Origin: the human T2T-CHM13v2.0 reference genome, Homo sapiens
Assembly: GCF_009914755.1 (NCBI RefSeq)
Contig: NC_060931.1
DNA length: 64,000 nucleotides
Direction: 5' to 3' (one strand)
In this document: positions 38,651 to 52,782 of the stretch, one piece after another
How positions within the stretch are numbered: position 1 is the stretch's first letter
How the letters are laid out: each line of letters starts with the position of its first letter
The notes under the pieces: model-generated
Database searches by the model: none
What the model saw: only the letters and a program-made list of their open reading frames with translations
What the model was told of the DNA's origin: nothing
Program-made: the position numbers and the translations under genes

Positions 38651-40080
38651 GTTCAAATCTCTTCCCAGGTCTAAAATGTGTTACACATTTTTATATATTT
38701 TTCAATAGTCAGGCACAAGAATAATGAATTCTTCCTATTCTCACCCTTTCAAAGAAAAAAAAAGTCATCAGGATAGTGTTGCTATAGAAAGCAATAAAAA
38801 ATATTTAGAAGAGTTATCTGAAAGAATACCTAACACTCAATAATGGTGCATATGAAATAAAAGAGATTAAATTCAAATTCTGACTTTCTTTGATTATACC
38901 AATTATATGTTCTGTGTTCCACAGTGAGTCTGCATCTGTAATTCTGGCTGGCTACTTTGTAAATTCTTGCTCCTAATCACGAGGGATGAGGAGTACAAAT
39001 CTATCTCTGTAACAATTATTGTTCAAATCATAAAACTTGTGCCAGGCTCCCCAATGAGGTTGGGAAACACATCCAATGCCCTTCCTCTAGCCAACTCCAA
39101 ATCTAAAGCTTTATAATCAATGGAGATAGAGGAAAGGGCCTGAGAGGGCAGCATGGCTGGAAATACCTAGCAGGGCAATCTTTGCGTGTGATGGTAGCAA
39201 CATATTTTAATGGAATAAAAAAAAAAAATCTACAAACTCATCCAAACATAAAATCTTTCTTTCAAAAATAAATAATTTCTAGAACACAAGTATTCCCTTT
39301 CACATAACGTTGCCCATTAAAAGGCTTTCAAAAAGTTAGACATCAAGGATGGAGGGGAAAAAAAGCCTTCAAAAATAAAAATGAAAGTAAACATAATTTA
39401 AACAGGTGTGAAATAGCCTCCCATCAAAAAAAATCAAGCAGTTTAAGTACAAGAATAGAAGTCAAAACACTTTCATCATATGGGAAGCAGTATATAGCTG
39501 GTTTGTAAAGTAAGAATTTTAGTATATCTGACAAAAAAAGTTTGTTAAAACAAACTCACCAAAATATACTTCTTTTCTGAAAAATATAAACTTGAATATT
39601 TTCCACTGACTTATGTTCCTTTGGTCCCTTCTCGTCCAAGAGGACTTCCAATAGATATGTGTCATAATTAGGAGAAGGGTTACAGCAAAACTATGTGGAG
39701 AAGAGCAGTTACACTGAAACTAATCTATTTTCATAGCACTCACATAAAACAGAGGGTCTAGGGAAGGGGGAGGGGGGAAGTAGCAATAAGTGGGGTAACA
39801 GATTTGAAAAGTCACCTGATTTGGACCCTAAAGAAAAAACTACCAAACAGACTTAGAAAGCAGGGCTTAATCAAAATAACATTCTGTAAAAACCTAAAAT
39901 CTGGGGTAATTTAAAGGTTTTAAGAGCTCTAGTTGTAAAATCTTGGAGTTATCCCACAGTAATAATCTGCTGTTCTACTTACCTTTTAATAAACAATTCC
40001 TCCCCTTAAAAGTTGTTTTCCTTACTGGTACAAACCATACATCTAAATTTTTCTGCATAAATACAATGTCGTGTCCTTAC

Positions 40081-40202
40081 CTAGTAGCAAACTGAATGAG
40101 TGCGTTTTGAAGAGTCTGCCTAATTTCAAGAAGAAAAGATTCATCATCGCTTAGTGTATAATACCAATACTGGACATAATCCCTCAAGGAAAACTGGATA
40201 AC
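40081..40202 (-). CDS. SNX13: SNX13 coding exon 5 (122 nt), VIQFSLRDYVQYWYYTLSDDESFLLEIRQTLQNALIQFAT(R), PXA domain
   Basis: Acceptor ttttgttatag|GTT, donor AG|gtaagg; PXA-type RDYV.WY motif. Confidence 0.96.
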
Positions 40203-41263
40203 CTATAACAAAAATATTGGAAAAAAAATTACAACATTTTAGGATTTAAAAAGTTACAGTGGTAAACTAAAAAAGTATGCTGTATCTACCAATTTATATT
40301 TACTCTCTACGTATTAATTTATGGTGGTAAATACCTGCCCTCATTACAAAAACATCAACATACTAAAAACCATTTCAAACATTTTTAAATTATTCTGGTA
40401 TCCCAACTTACCTACTGCCTAGATTTAAAAAAAAAAATAAAATAAAACACTATCTATGGCCAAGTCCCACATAAATCCAGGTAAAGACAGGGTTTGCAGA
40501 AAAAAAAGAAACTTTCCATGCTATAATCTAATAAATAATATCAATCAGTTTAATGGAATGAGATGTAAAATAATAGAGACTATAATTCCACAAAAAAAGT
40601 TTTTTTAAAGATTATATCATCAGATCCATTGCAGTCTAATTATAAAAATGATACAGGAGTTCACTTATTTCTACTAATACCTTTGATACTGCCAACAGTA
40701 TTCAGACAATAAATAGTACATAATACAACTCAATGTATAATTTTTACAAATCAGATAAACTAAATATTAGTAATAATAATAAATGTTAAAATTCTAAAGT
40801 ACACATTTTTATAATCATATAATCAAACATCAATGAAAAATATTTCAGGGGGCATAGTTTTTTTACCTATCTCTAATTTTTTAATGTTTTTGCATCGGAT
40901 ATTTCTTTTCCATTTTTTAAAAGGTAACAAGTAGGAAAAAAAGTCTGATTTACCACACCACTAAGCTTGTTCATCAACGAAAGAGTAACACTTTAACTGT
41001 AAAATTTTAAGAAACACTATCAAATGTCAATAACAACTTTTTTTCTAAATCCAAATTCAATCGAAAGGCTTTTACATAAAGTAAACCACCTCATTAGAAG
41101 TGAGTTAATAAATAAGGAAGCATCTTCAAGTATAAAATTCAAGGATAACATTAAGAAATTCCAGGATATTATTTAAAGAGCAAAAAGTATTTCCTGGTAT
41201 CTTCAAAAGAAATATACCTAGAACACAATATATAGAATTCAAATACCACACGCTGAAACTCAC

Positions 41264-41353
41264 TTGCTGGAGAGGTTCATCAATTATATTGGCACCCGTC
41301 AATCTTCTATCAATCTTAATAGTCCTGGCTTCCCGTTTCATTTCTTCTAAGCA
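41264..41353 (-). CDS. SNX13: SNX13 coding exon 4 (90 nt), CLEEMKREARTIKIDRRLTGANIIDEPLQQ (start of PXA domain)
   Basis: Acceptor tttcctttaag|TGC, donor CAA|gtgagt; contained in supplied ORF 41126..41368. Confidence 0.96.
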
Positions 41354-43049
41354 CTTAAAGGAAATCAAAATATCTTACTGAGTAGTTTTCTGATGTAAAA
41401 TCTCTCCAGTTTAATTCCAGTTGAATACTCAATGTAACATCCCTTCATTATCCTCAAGTAAATAAATAACCTTATTTGAGGTGCTACTCTATAAGCCAAA
41501 CACTATTTCTCAAGTTAACAAAATTAGACACTCCCAAAAAAATGATTATCCTCAAAAATTTAATCAGCAAAAATTATTTAGAATGTGGGAAAACTGCAAA
41601 TGTACAGGTATGCTGCTGCCATATTTCAATGAAACTCTACAACTATAAAATTAGTGTTTCATGTGAGTCAAACTGTCTTTACTGGACACTCTCCCTCTTG
41701 CCCCTCCCCTTTCCCAGCCCAAAACAGTATACCAGCTGCAAAATAATTAATTTTTAAACGGATTTTATGTAGGGATAGTTTTGGCAACTTAAGAAAATGT
41801 ACTTCTCTACTTTTTTGTGTTCAGAAAGATCAGTGGCCTGAAAATTGGGGAAAAGGTAGTGGGAGATTCTTAAAAAAACAAACCATAAATATATATAAAC
41901 ATAGATACAGATATAGACATAGATATCTATATTAAAAATACATGCTTCAAAGTTATAATATGAAACCACGGATATTTTTTCATAAGACATACTTAGAAAT
42001 CATATTTTAGAAATAGCAAATAAAACCCATTGTTTTATACTATCTATTAAAAATGGATTATAAAGACTTAACCATTCTTGAATATAATTTATTACTGTTA
42101 AGGATCTTAATTCTTAAAATATTTCCTATTCTCTGTATATGCCACTCAAATGAAGTACACTATAAATAGCTAAGAAATGGTTCAAAAAAGGAAAGGTTAA
42201 TTTCCTAAGACTTATAAGTAAAAAAAAAAAAATACATATTAATATGAGTCCTAAAGGAGAGAAAGGTTTCAGATTATAAAAAAGTTTAAGTATTAAAAAA
42301 TTTGTTTATCAATATAAAAGTCAGTGGAATAGAGTGAAATTCTTTTATTAATGTAAAATAATATTGGACATTATTTACTTCTACATCTCCTGCACCTTAG
42401 CATGTAACAGATAAATTAATAACTGTAAAGAAAGTTGTTATTAGCATCAACTCCAGGCCATCTGCCTCTCTTCATACAAAATGAAACCAACCCAACTGCA
42501 CAAGAATTGAAGGCACTACAATCTGAAACTTACACAATTCCAATTTTATTTATAGAGTATGATACTGAAAAAATAATAGCACCATTCAAGATGATAAAAA
42601 TTAGGCCTGAATTATTAAAATTATAGATACTGCATAATCTAATTACAAGCTGTATTTTTCAAAGTAATGAAAAGTATCCATTTTTTCCTCTGATTCCTCT
42701 GCAATTTATTTCATTCAAACCAGAATACTCATTGACATTGTTAAAAATCATATGCATGATGCTTTGAAATACTATGATAAGACAGCAGGAAAAATACCCA
42801 AAATAAACTAACCAATTTCTATCGTTTTCTCAAGTTTGTATTCCCACTTTTTAAATCTAACACTAAGAAAGTTTTTAAGATGGCCTTTTAAAATATATTT
42901 TCTAAGTATAATTAGACAATCTCACATAAATTCCCAGTGAGCATTAGTAAACTATACGAAAATTTGTCACGCTATATATACAGATGATTACTCTATTATC
43001 ATTGCAAAGAACTGGACTTTGAGGTTTTATATTCCCTCAAACGATTTAC

Positions 43050-43152
43050 CTTAGGAACCCCAGGTGATGTTGGAGGAAGAAATGAGTGTTCACACTGTTC
43101 TAGGTACTTCTCTGAGTTTGTTTTTCCAAACAGGAGAGTAACCACTAAACCC
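43050..43152 (-). CDS. SNX13: SNX13 coding exon 3 (103 nt), GLVVTLLFGKTNSEKYLEQCEHSFLPPTSPGVPK
   Basis: Acceptor tttttctttctag|G, donor AAG|gtaaat; phase matches exon 2. Confidence 0.96.
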
Positions 43153-43410
43153 CTAGAAAGAAAAATTTAATCACAAATATAAAAACAAAATTTCCTTATA
43201 ATTTAATGAATCTACTACCAAGTATATTTTCCAGAGTTCACAGATGGCTTATCATTTACTAAAAAGTCAATTTGTGACTTTGGCAAAGCAAGAAATTGAC
43301 AGATTGTATTAGGTTCTGAAGTTTAAAACAACTATGAACATTTTGTGAATTATACAATAATACTTTTTAAAGTTTTAATCCAATATATTTCCTAAAGAAT
43401 CTTGTGACAA

Positions 43411-43703
<293 letters not shown>

Positions 43704-43737
43704 TTAAGTGACATTTTTCAAACTTAAAAAAAAATCA

Positions 43738-44033
43738 GGCTGAGCACAGTGGCTCACACCTGTAATCCCAGCACCTTGGGAGGCCGAGGCAGGTGGCTCA
43801 TCTGAGGTCAGGAGATCGAGACCACCCTGACCAACATGGTGAAACCCCGTCTCTACTAAAAACACAAAAATTAGCTGGGTGTGGTGACATGCACCTGTAA
43901 TCCCAGCTACTCAGGAGGCTGAGGTAGGAAAATTGCTTGAACCGGGGAGGCAGAGGATGCAGTGAGCCGAGATCGCGCCACTGCACTCTAGCGACAGAGT
44001 AAGACTCGCCTCAAAAAAAAAAAGAAAAGAAAA
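43738..44033 (+). mobile_element. AluS SINE, tandem with the previous one
   Basis: Alu dimer; aaaaatca on both flanks. Confidence 0.93.
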
Positions 44034-47000
44034 ATCAGCCCTTATTAAACAAGTAGGCTAGCTAATAACCATGGATAAAGACAAATGAATCTAAATATGT
44101 AGCTAAATGACAGAATTCTATAGTTCTGTTAACCAATTCACGTGAGGTATTACATTATTATAACTTTCCAGTATGAATACAGAATACATAAAGGCTATTT
44201 AGGGAAAAAAAAATCTAATCTATGATTTGTTTAAAATAAGGCTGGAATTAAGAAAATATAAATGTATCCCAAAAAAAGTTAATTATTTTGAAAAATAATT
44301 ACAGGATCAAGGAAGATAAATGGTGATTTAGAACTACTTCACTCTAAGTATTGACTAAATATTATCAATATTTCATAGATTTTAAATTTACCAATAAAGC
44401 AAAGTGCTGGAAATCCATCAAAAAACATTTAATCTAATAATGATCTTATAGTAATGTTACAATGATTCAAAGACTGTAATGACAGGAAGGGAACAGTAAA
44501 ACATTAAATATTGTCAGTCTCAACTACTGAAAGGAAGATTCTCAAAGTCCTCCAATTTTTGTGTCTACCTGCCCTCTCACTAGTCCTCAGTACAAGTATC
44601 ACAAAAGCAGGGGTTGGGGGTTGAGAACATGGATAAAGTCAAATCAGTTTAAGTCATTAATTCTGTTTTTGTTATTTGTAAAAGGCTGGTCTCAGAATTA
44701 CTGCTAAATGTCATCTATCTGTGTTATATCTGATATTATTATTAAGATTCAAGTTGGCCCTCTATTTCAGTTTTACCTGGTTATTAAGCATATTTATAGA
44801 CAAAATAAAATGTTTATATTAACACTGTGTTATTAAAAACATCATCAAGAAACAGACTGATAAGACATTAATTTTTGCCCACAAGTGTGTAACGATAAGA
44901 AGACAAGATAAAGAGCAGTCTGATTTTAAAAGAACCTAAATAGTAGTTTCAGCTGTAAAGTTTAAGTAATAATTTAAACTGTAGTTGGGTGCCATAAATT
45001 AATTATATAACCCAACAAATACAACAGAATGCCACAAAATAACCATAATGCAGTAAGATGAAAGTATCCTACAACAACAAAAACGAAAAATCCCCAAGTG
45101 TTTTTCTTTCCAAAAGCATTCTTTATATTAAAAAATAAGGAGTTAACTTTGACTATAAGCAAAATATAGACATTATCAACACTTGACAAGAATAAACTAT
45201 GCAAGTTAAAAACTTAAGTTTTATTAGAAAAACAAGAGAGGATTCCACAGACCCTACCATGTGACTCTTAATATTCTCTAGAGTTTTTTAGTACCCATTA
45301 TCCTCTAGTATCCCACCTTATCTCCAAATTTTTACAGAACTTTGTAAGCATCCAAAAGATTTTTTGAAATTATTCCTTGATAAACTACAACATTTAAAAA
45401 AGGAACAATGAAGGTTCTCATGACTTTAAAAATGAATAAACTTTGTGCAGGATCTGGTTTTATTAAAGATTAAAAACTTAAAAAATTAATAAACTGATTA
45501 CTCTTCTCTTTTTCCTAAATTTATTTGGAGCAGTTGAGTAAAAAAAGAAATAATTATTCACTTACCCACCTTCCAAGGGCTCCTACCTTAGCCTATAAAG
45601 CTGCAATATCCTCCCTTGACAAAGTATTGGGAAATACTCTGAAATCCTTTTCCTTCAATCTTACAAGGGCTAATACAATTAGTGAAATTAGAAGAAATTT
45701 CTACCTTTCAAAAAAAAATGTCAAGACAATTTCCCTTCCAATTAATAAATGCAGCCTCAACTCTGAGAGGGAGAGGTGCAACCATGTCACTATTCAGCCA
45801 TGCTGTCGCCTTAACTGTGACTGAGAAGTATAATTAGGAAACCCATTTGGCTGCAGATCTGTAGTATCTTCAATCATCTTTATCATCTTCAGTCATCTTT
45901 ATCATCAATAAAGATATTCTGAACTCCATTATCAGACTCTTATGGCTGAAATAAGTTTAAATGTTTCAGTACACAGTATCGTATCTAGGCCATAGATATG
46001 AAAATACTAAATCTAACATAAAATACAGTTTTATGGAGAGTCCTTGACATAGCTGCTCAATTAAAGAAATTCTCACTTGTTCAAGCATATGCTCCCTATA
46101 GAAAGACTACAACATGACTATCAAATCTGTATCCCCAAAAAAGTGATAGATATATTTAGAAGCTAACCCTTCAGTGTCCTATACAGTTTCTCAAGCTACT
46201 GTTTATATATGCTATTCAATTCAGCTAAATCCTCCAAACCTATAGGCTCAAAAAACTCCTCCAAATATCTGGGGTCTCAAAAGATTTTTCAGAAAGAAAT
46301 CAGTGTTCATTCCACAACTAACTACATAAATACGTCATATTATAAACATACATACAAACACATTAACAACAAAAGACTCATTTCAACTAAGCTATTTTGG
46401 TAACAGTGTCTAACAAACATCCCTTGTCTATATATTTTCTAATATTTCCTTGTAATTCATGTCTGATACCAAATGCTCTGCATACAAAGCTACAATAAAT
46501 TATGACTGAAACCTCTCTTGTAAAGGTTTATCAACTTAAGGGAAAACATAAACGTACACCAAATAACTATGAAGAGAAAACTGCAAAATCAGGTATTTGA
46601 ATTTTCTAGACCGAAATGACAACATTCATTAAAGGAAAAAATTAACATTTGTTTGAAGTCTAATCACAATTTCTATAATGTAAAACTTCATGTGCAGTCT
46701 CAATTTAACTTACTTATTAACATAATGCAAAAGAAAATTTCAACTTTAAAGGAGAAACACCACCAAAAGGAATTTGAAAAATTTTTTAAACTTTACACAT
46801 TATCACCAAAAAAAGTTCATACCTTTGGAAATGGACATCTTATTATTGAAGGACTACCCATATTTCTGATACAAATAATGACAATCACTGTTTTTATTTT
46901 TATGGGTATCCTTATTTTTTTAACTTTAGTAAAAGCAATTTATTAAAAATGGCATTCACAAATAAATCATACTCCCGTTTCTCAGTCATTTGTTTCCATT

Positions 47001-47050
47001 TTAACAAGATATGACACATGAATTATAAAATTATAATTGAGTATACTTAC

Positions 47051-47163
47051 CCACCCACAAAGCAGAGGATATAAAATGTCAAATAAAATATTACAAAGGG
47101 TCCAAAGGTTATCAGAAAAAGGACAATGCCAAGGCTTCCCCATCCCCATATGGATAGACTGGC
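47051..47163 (-). CDS. SNX13: SNX13 coding exon 2 (113 nt), hydrophobic transmembrane segment ASLSIWGWGSLGIVLFLITFGPFVIFYLTFYILCFVG(G)
   Basis: Acceptor ttttttctgtatttcag|GCC, donor GGTGG|gtaagt; starts phase 0, ends phase 2. Confidence 0.96.
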
Positions 47164-48840
47164 CTGAAATACAGAAAAAATATAAGTAAATTAGTAAATA
47201 ATTCTCCACATGAATTAGAAAAGAACCAACAAAACTTTTACATAGTTTTAAATTTCTTCTTGTAAACATTCATGGTATTATTTCAGTAACTTTTGAAAAT
47301 GTGAAGTGTATACTTGAAAATTTATCTCCACAAAACAATATACAAAATTTATATGTATAGAGAGATTTACAGAGCATCTGCAATTACTTTTTTAAAAAAT
47401 CCTAGTGGCAATGCAAAGGTACAGGACAGAAATAGTTATACAAACTGTTAAATGAAATCCTAGCATGAGAAATACAACAAAGTATGTACAAAAACATCTG
47501 TACATTTATATTTGCAAATGCATATACAAAAGGATAAGTAGGCTACAAAGTTATACTTACTTAGAATTAGTATTTCATCTTGAAACTAGCTCCCAATATA
47601 ACTACAGCATAAGGAGACATTTTATTAGAAATTTAAATTTCAAGGTAAGAAATTCTTATCTCATTGAAAATTGTGGTATTATTTTACTCAAATTACGTAT
47701 AGAAACTCATACAATTATAATTACAAAAGTTCCAACTTCCAGTTACTGAAATTTACTATGAGCTCAACAAAACATCACCAAAAAGTATCCATACATTAAA
47801 AAAAAAACCTATTTCATACAGAATTATACTGTTTTAGCCAATTAAAAAAAAAACGCCTTTTATTAAAGGCAAACTAGAATTTGGCAACTTAAGTCATTAT
47901 GAATAAATACATGTGTTCAATTCAACAAGTTCCTACATCCATTCGCCTTGCACTGTGAGGTAGTACACAAAGGAAGCATTTGTCCCACTCATGCCGTCAA
48001 GGAGCATAGAGAAGAATCTCCTATAGGAATGAAACAATTAGATACTGAACCAAAAGAAAATAATAGAAAGCATTATAAGATGCTAAACTGAACAAAATTA
48101 ATGACCAAAAAACTACAGAACAGACAGTAAGTGCTGTGGATTATGAGAGAAAGGAGGGCTTTATTTATTCATTCATTCACTCACCAGTCATTGCTTCCTA
48201 CGTGCCAAGCACAGCTCAAGGTAGTGGGGATACCATAAGGGATAAAACATACCCCCATAAATCTACATTCTAGTAAGGAAAGAAACACAAGCATACCCAC
48301 ATAAGTTCACATACCTTCATAAGTTTACATTCCAGAAGTGGGGAAAAAGAAAATTAAGTAAATATATAGTTATATCACATGGGGATAAGTGCTATGGAGA
48401 AAAATAAAGCAACTGTGTAGGGCTGGTCTAAGCAACTCTAAATGATTAGATGACAAATAAACAGAAATCCTGGATAAGATTTATTTAGGGAGACATATAA
48501 TACTGAGTCTTCCTACCCCAAAATGACATTTTTCCATTAATCATACCTTCTTTTACGTCCCTCAGAGTTATACAACTCTTATTCCTTCGTGTTTTATTAT
48601 CCTTTTTCCACATCTTGGCCACTTTTATCTTTTAACCAAAGGACAGAATGCCTGCTAACGAAGTTTCTGCTCTGCCTCCATGCTCTCTTCTCTCTGAATC
48701 AGGGGGGAATACTATTTCACCTACAGAAGTGTCCTCTGACTTCCTTCTAAGAGCGGGTAAGTAGGACATAGTTATTTAGAATAAAGTACAGAGACACTCA
48801 GTTCCTCTGATAATACTTTGCTGAAGTTCCTAATCCACAC

Positions 48841-51620
48841 TAAAATATGGCATGCCACTCTCTCCTGGCCTGTACAACTTCCACTGAGAAGTCTGCTGGC
48901 AAATGTACTGGAGCACCATTCCATGTTTTTTTCTTTTTCTCTTGCTGCTTTTAGGATCCTTTCTTCATCCTTGACCTTTGAGAGTTTGATTATTAAGTAT
49001 CTTGAGGTAGTCTTGGGTTAAATCTGCTCAGTGTTCTATAACCTTCTTGTATTTTAATATTGATATCTTTTACTAGGTTTGAGAGGCTCTCTGTTATTAT
49101 CTATCTGAATAAATTTTCTACGCCTAACTCTCTCTCTACCTCCTCTTTAAGGACAATAACTCTTAAATTTGCCCTTTTGAGGCTATTTTCTAGATCTTGT
49201 AGTTGTGCCTCATTCCTTTTTATTCTTTTTTCTCCTCTGTGTATTTTCAATTAGCCTGTCTTCAAGTTCACTCATTCCTTCTTCTGCTTGATCAATTCTG
49301 TTAAGAAATTCTGATGCATTCGTCAGTAGGTCAACTGCATTTTTCAACTCCAAGATTTGTGCTTGATTCTATTTATTATTTTAATCTCTTTGTTAAATTT
49401 ATCTGATAAGATTCTGAATTCCTTCTCTGTATTATCTTGAATTTTGTTGTACTTCCTCAAAACAACTATTCTGATTTTTCCACCCAAAAGGACACATATC
49501 TCTGTCTCCAGGATTGGTCTGTGGTGTCTTATTTAGTCCATTTGGTGAGGCCAATGTTTTCCTGAATGGTCTTGATGCTTGTGGATGTTCACTGATGTCT
49601 GGACATTGAAGAGTTAGGCATTTATTGCAGTCTTTACAGTCTGGGCTTGTTTGTCCCAGTCCTTCTTGGGAAGGCTTTCCAGGTATTCAAAGGAACTTGG
49701 GTGTTGTGATCTATGTTTCTAGTAACTGTAGCCATATATACATTAGAGGCACCCTAAGCCTACTAATGTTGTGGCTCTGAAAGACTTGTAGTGGTATTGC
49801 CTTTATGGTCCTAAATAAGATGTGGAAGAATTATCTAAATTACCAGGCAGAAACTCTTGCTTTCTTCCCTTACATTCTCCCAAACAGAGTCAGTCTCTCT
49901 GCTGAGTTGTGTGGAGCTGGGAGAGGGGTGACACAAGCAACCCTGTTGCTACCTCCACTGTGATGGCACTGGATCATACCTGAAGTCAACAAAGCACTGG
50001 GTCACACCCGAGGCCTGTGGTAACCATGGCCTGGCCACTGCCTATGTTCACTTGAAGCCCTAGGACTCTACAATCTACAGGCAGTGAAGCCAGATAGGCT
50101 TGTGTCCTTCCCTTCAAGGTGGAGAGTTTCTCCCATTCCTGGGCAGGTCAAGAGATGCTTCTGGAAGCCAGGGTCTGGAGGTGGAAACCTCAGGAATCTA
50201 CCTGCTGCTCTACTCTACTGCAGGTGGGCTAGCACCCAAGCCACAAGACGAAGTCCTTCCCATTCTTCCCTCCCCTTTCCACAAGTAGAGGAGTCTCTCC
50301 CTACAGCAAGCACAGTCCCCAGGCCCATGGCAAGTACTGCCTGGCTACCAACGTTCATTAAGGACCAAGGGCTCTTCTGTCAGCTGTGGTGAATGCTGCC
50401 AGGCCTGGGACTCTCCCTTCAGGGCAATGGGCTCCCCTCTGGCTCAGGGTAGGTCATGAGATGCTATACAAGAGCCAAGGCCTAGAATCAGGGACCCCAA
50501 GAGCCCACTTGGTGCTCTATTCCACTGTAACCAAGCTGGTAGCTAAGGTGCAACACAAAGTCCCCTCACTCTTCCCTCTCCTTTTCTCAAACAGAAGAAG
50601 TCCCCCCGCATAGTTACCACAACTGGAAATGTACTAGGTCACATCTAAAGCCAGCATGTCTCTGAATCTCACCCAAGGCCCAGGGAAAGTACTGCCTGGG
50701 TACCTACTGCTACTGATTATTCAGGGACCAAGGGCTCTTTAGTCAGCAGGCAATCAATCTTGCCCGGACTAGGTCCTTCCCTTCAAAGCAGTAGGTTCCC
50801 TTCTGGCCAAAGGTGTGTCTAGAAATGCGGTCTGGGAGGTAGGGCCTGGAACAGGGGCCTCAGGACTCTGCCTGGTGCCCTGTCCTACTGTGGCTAAGCT
50901 GGTATCCAAGTTGCAAAACAGAATCCTCTTCACTTTTCCCTCTCCTCTTCTCAAGCAGAGAGAAGGAGTCTTTCCCGGACCTGCAAGCTGCACTACTTGG
51001 GGTGGGAGGAAGGGTGGTGCAAGTGCTCTCTTCGTCGCCCCAGCTGGTGTCTCACTGGGTGGTGCGGTGGCTCCAAACCCAGCACAGCACCAGGACTCGC
51101 CCAGGAATTGCACTCCTTGTGGCCTAGCCTGCCTTTCAAGTTTACTTAGGACCCCCGAGCACATTAGCCAGCAGTGGCAAGGGTTGCTGGACTCAGGTTC
51201 CAACCACTGGGATGGGCAATTCCCTCTGCCTAGGACTGGTCCAAATGCTTCATCCATAGGCTCTGGCTGGGTTCTGCCCAGTGGTGCTTTCCACTGTGAC
51301 AGGGCAGCACTGAGTTCCAATGCAAAGTCCCATAATCACTGTGCTCTCCCTCCCCTAAGTGCACAGATTTTCTCTCTGCACCACTCAGCTTCTGCCAGGG
51401 GATGAGGGAGGGGTGGCATTGACAATTCAATATTGTCCTTCCTACCATCTTCAGTGCCTCTTGCAGCAATATGAAGTTAAAACCAGCTACTGTGATCAGT
51501 CCCTGATTTTTGGTTCTTATGAAGGTGCTTTATATGTGGATAGTTGTTCAATTTGTTGTTCCTGTGGAGAGGACAATCAGTGGAGGCTTCTATTTGGCCA
51601 TCCTGCTCTGCATCCCCCAG
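48841..51620 (-). mobile_element. L1MA-type 5' UTR + ORF1 fragment (sense to SNX13), 3'-truncated
   Basis: Reverse complement begins gggggatgcagagcaggatggccaaatagaagcctcc; repeated 5' UTR subunits 50000-51000; ORF1 remnants 48850-49500. Confidence 0.88.
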
Positions 51621-52457
51621 TATTCTATTTTTTAACCAGTTGTTAGGACTAAACTGTATAAATGTTTTATTCTCTCTTATGTACAAATCATATCTTTCAC
51701 AATTAAAGAAATTTTCAAAAAAGAGTCAAAATGAGTTGATATGGAGAAGATTCATGCACCAATTTGTCAACAAGGGGAAATACTTGATTTTTCTAAAAAC
51801 TCAACTTTTCATATTCTAACAGGTGTTTTATTATTCATTTGAAAACAGTAGCAAAATCACCTAAACCAAAGTCCTATTCATTCATTCAACAACTATTCTG
51901 TGAATTTCTGCAATGTGCCAGGTGATAATTTAACAGTGAAAAAACAGTCATTACTGTCATGGTTTTTTTTTTTTTTTTTTTTTTAGAAAAAAAAGATTCT
52001 TTCCTTAATTAAGTTTGAGAGAAATTTTTAAATTCCACAGACTACAAAAATTAGGCTTTTCTAATCAAGCAAGTGCAGTGCTAATTTGCTTGGTAGTTAA
52101 TCTATTACAACAGTTAACTTCAAATGTTAAACTGTTCATTGAAACATCAGAATAGCGAATTGTCCAAAAATCAAGTTATGTTATTCTAAGTGTTCTCATA
52201 TGTATAACTGGCTGACATTATAATCTTATTAGTGAGATAAATTAGGAAAAACATTTGATCTAATGCCACATAAAAATAATTGGGTTCTAATTATTTCCTA
52301 AAATGATACAGGATAAAATTTAGGGTAATTTTCTTCTATATAAGAAACCTTTCACAAATTCAAACAAGTATTATCTCAAGAGTTGTCCTATAATGGAATC
52401 CAAAGAATACAGACAAATCTATATGACAGTGATTTACATTTTTAAAATTCTTTAATA

Positions 52458-52782
52458 CAGGAGTCCCCAACCCCCAGGCTGCAGACCATTAGGAACTGGG
52501 CCGCACAGCAGGAGGTGAGCATGCCGCGAGCATTAGCACCTGAGCTCTGCCTCCTGTCAGAGCAGCAGCAGCATTAGATTCTCATAGGAACGTGAAACCT
52601 ATTGTGAACTGTGCATGTGAGGGCTCTAGGTTGAGTATTCCTTATGATAATCTAACTAATGCCTGATGATCTGAGGTGGGAGAGTTTCATCTCGAAACCA
52701 TCCCCTCCACCTCGCAGGCCATGGAAAAATTGTCTTCCATGAAACTGGGGGTCCCTGGTGCCACAGAGGTTGGGAACTGCTA
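52458..52782 (+). mobile_element. MER1B-like hAT-Charlie MITE with perfect 8-bp TSD
   Basis: Ends caggagtccccaacc ... ggttgggaactgcta; TSD ctttaata at 52450-52457 and 52783-52790. Confidence 0.92.

Noticed and set aside
44560-45300. Non-repeat AT-rich stretch in intron 2 that looked 3' UTR-like or duplicated
   Set aside because: No poly-A tail, TSD or ORF visible; nothing can be supported without a BLAST search.
50769-51405. Longest ORFs in the track (196 aa plus strand, 183 aa minus strand)
   Set aside because: They lie in a GC-richer L1 5' UTR, have no recognisable domain, and are expected by chance at that composition.
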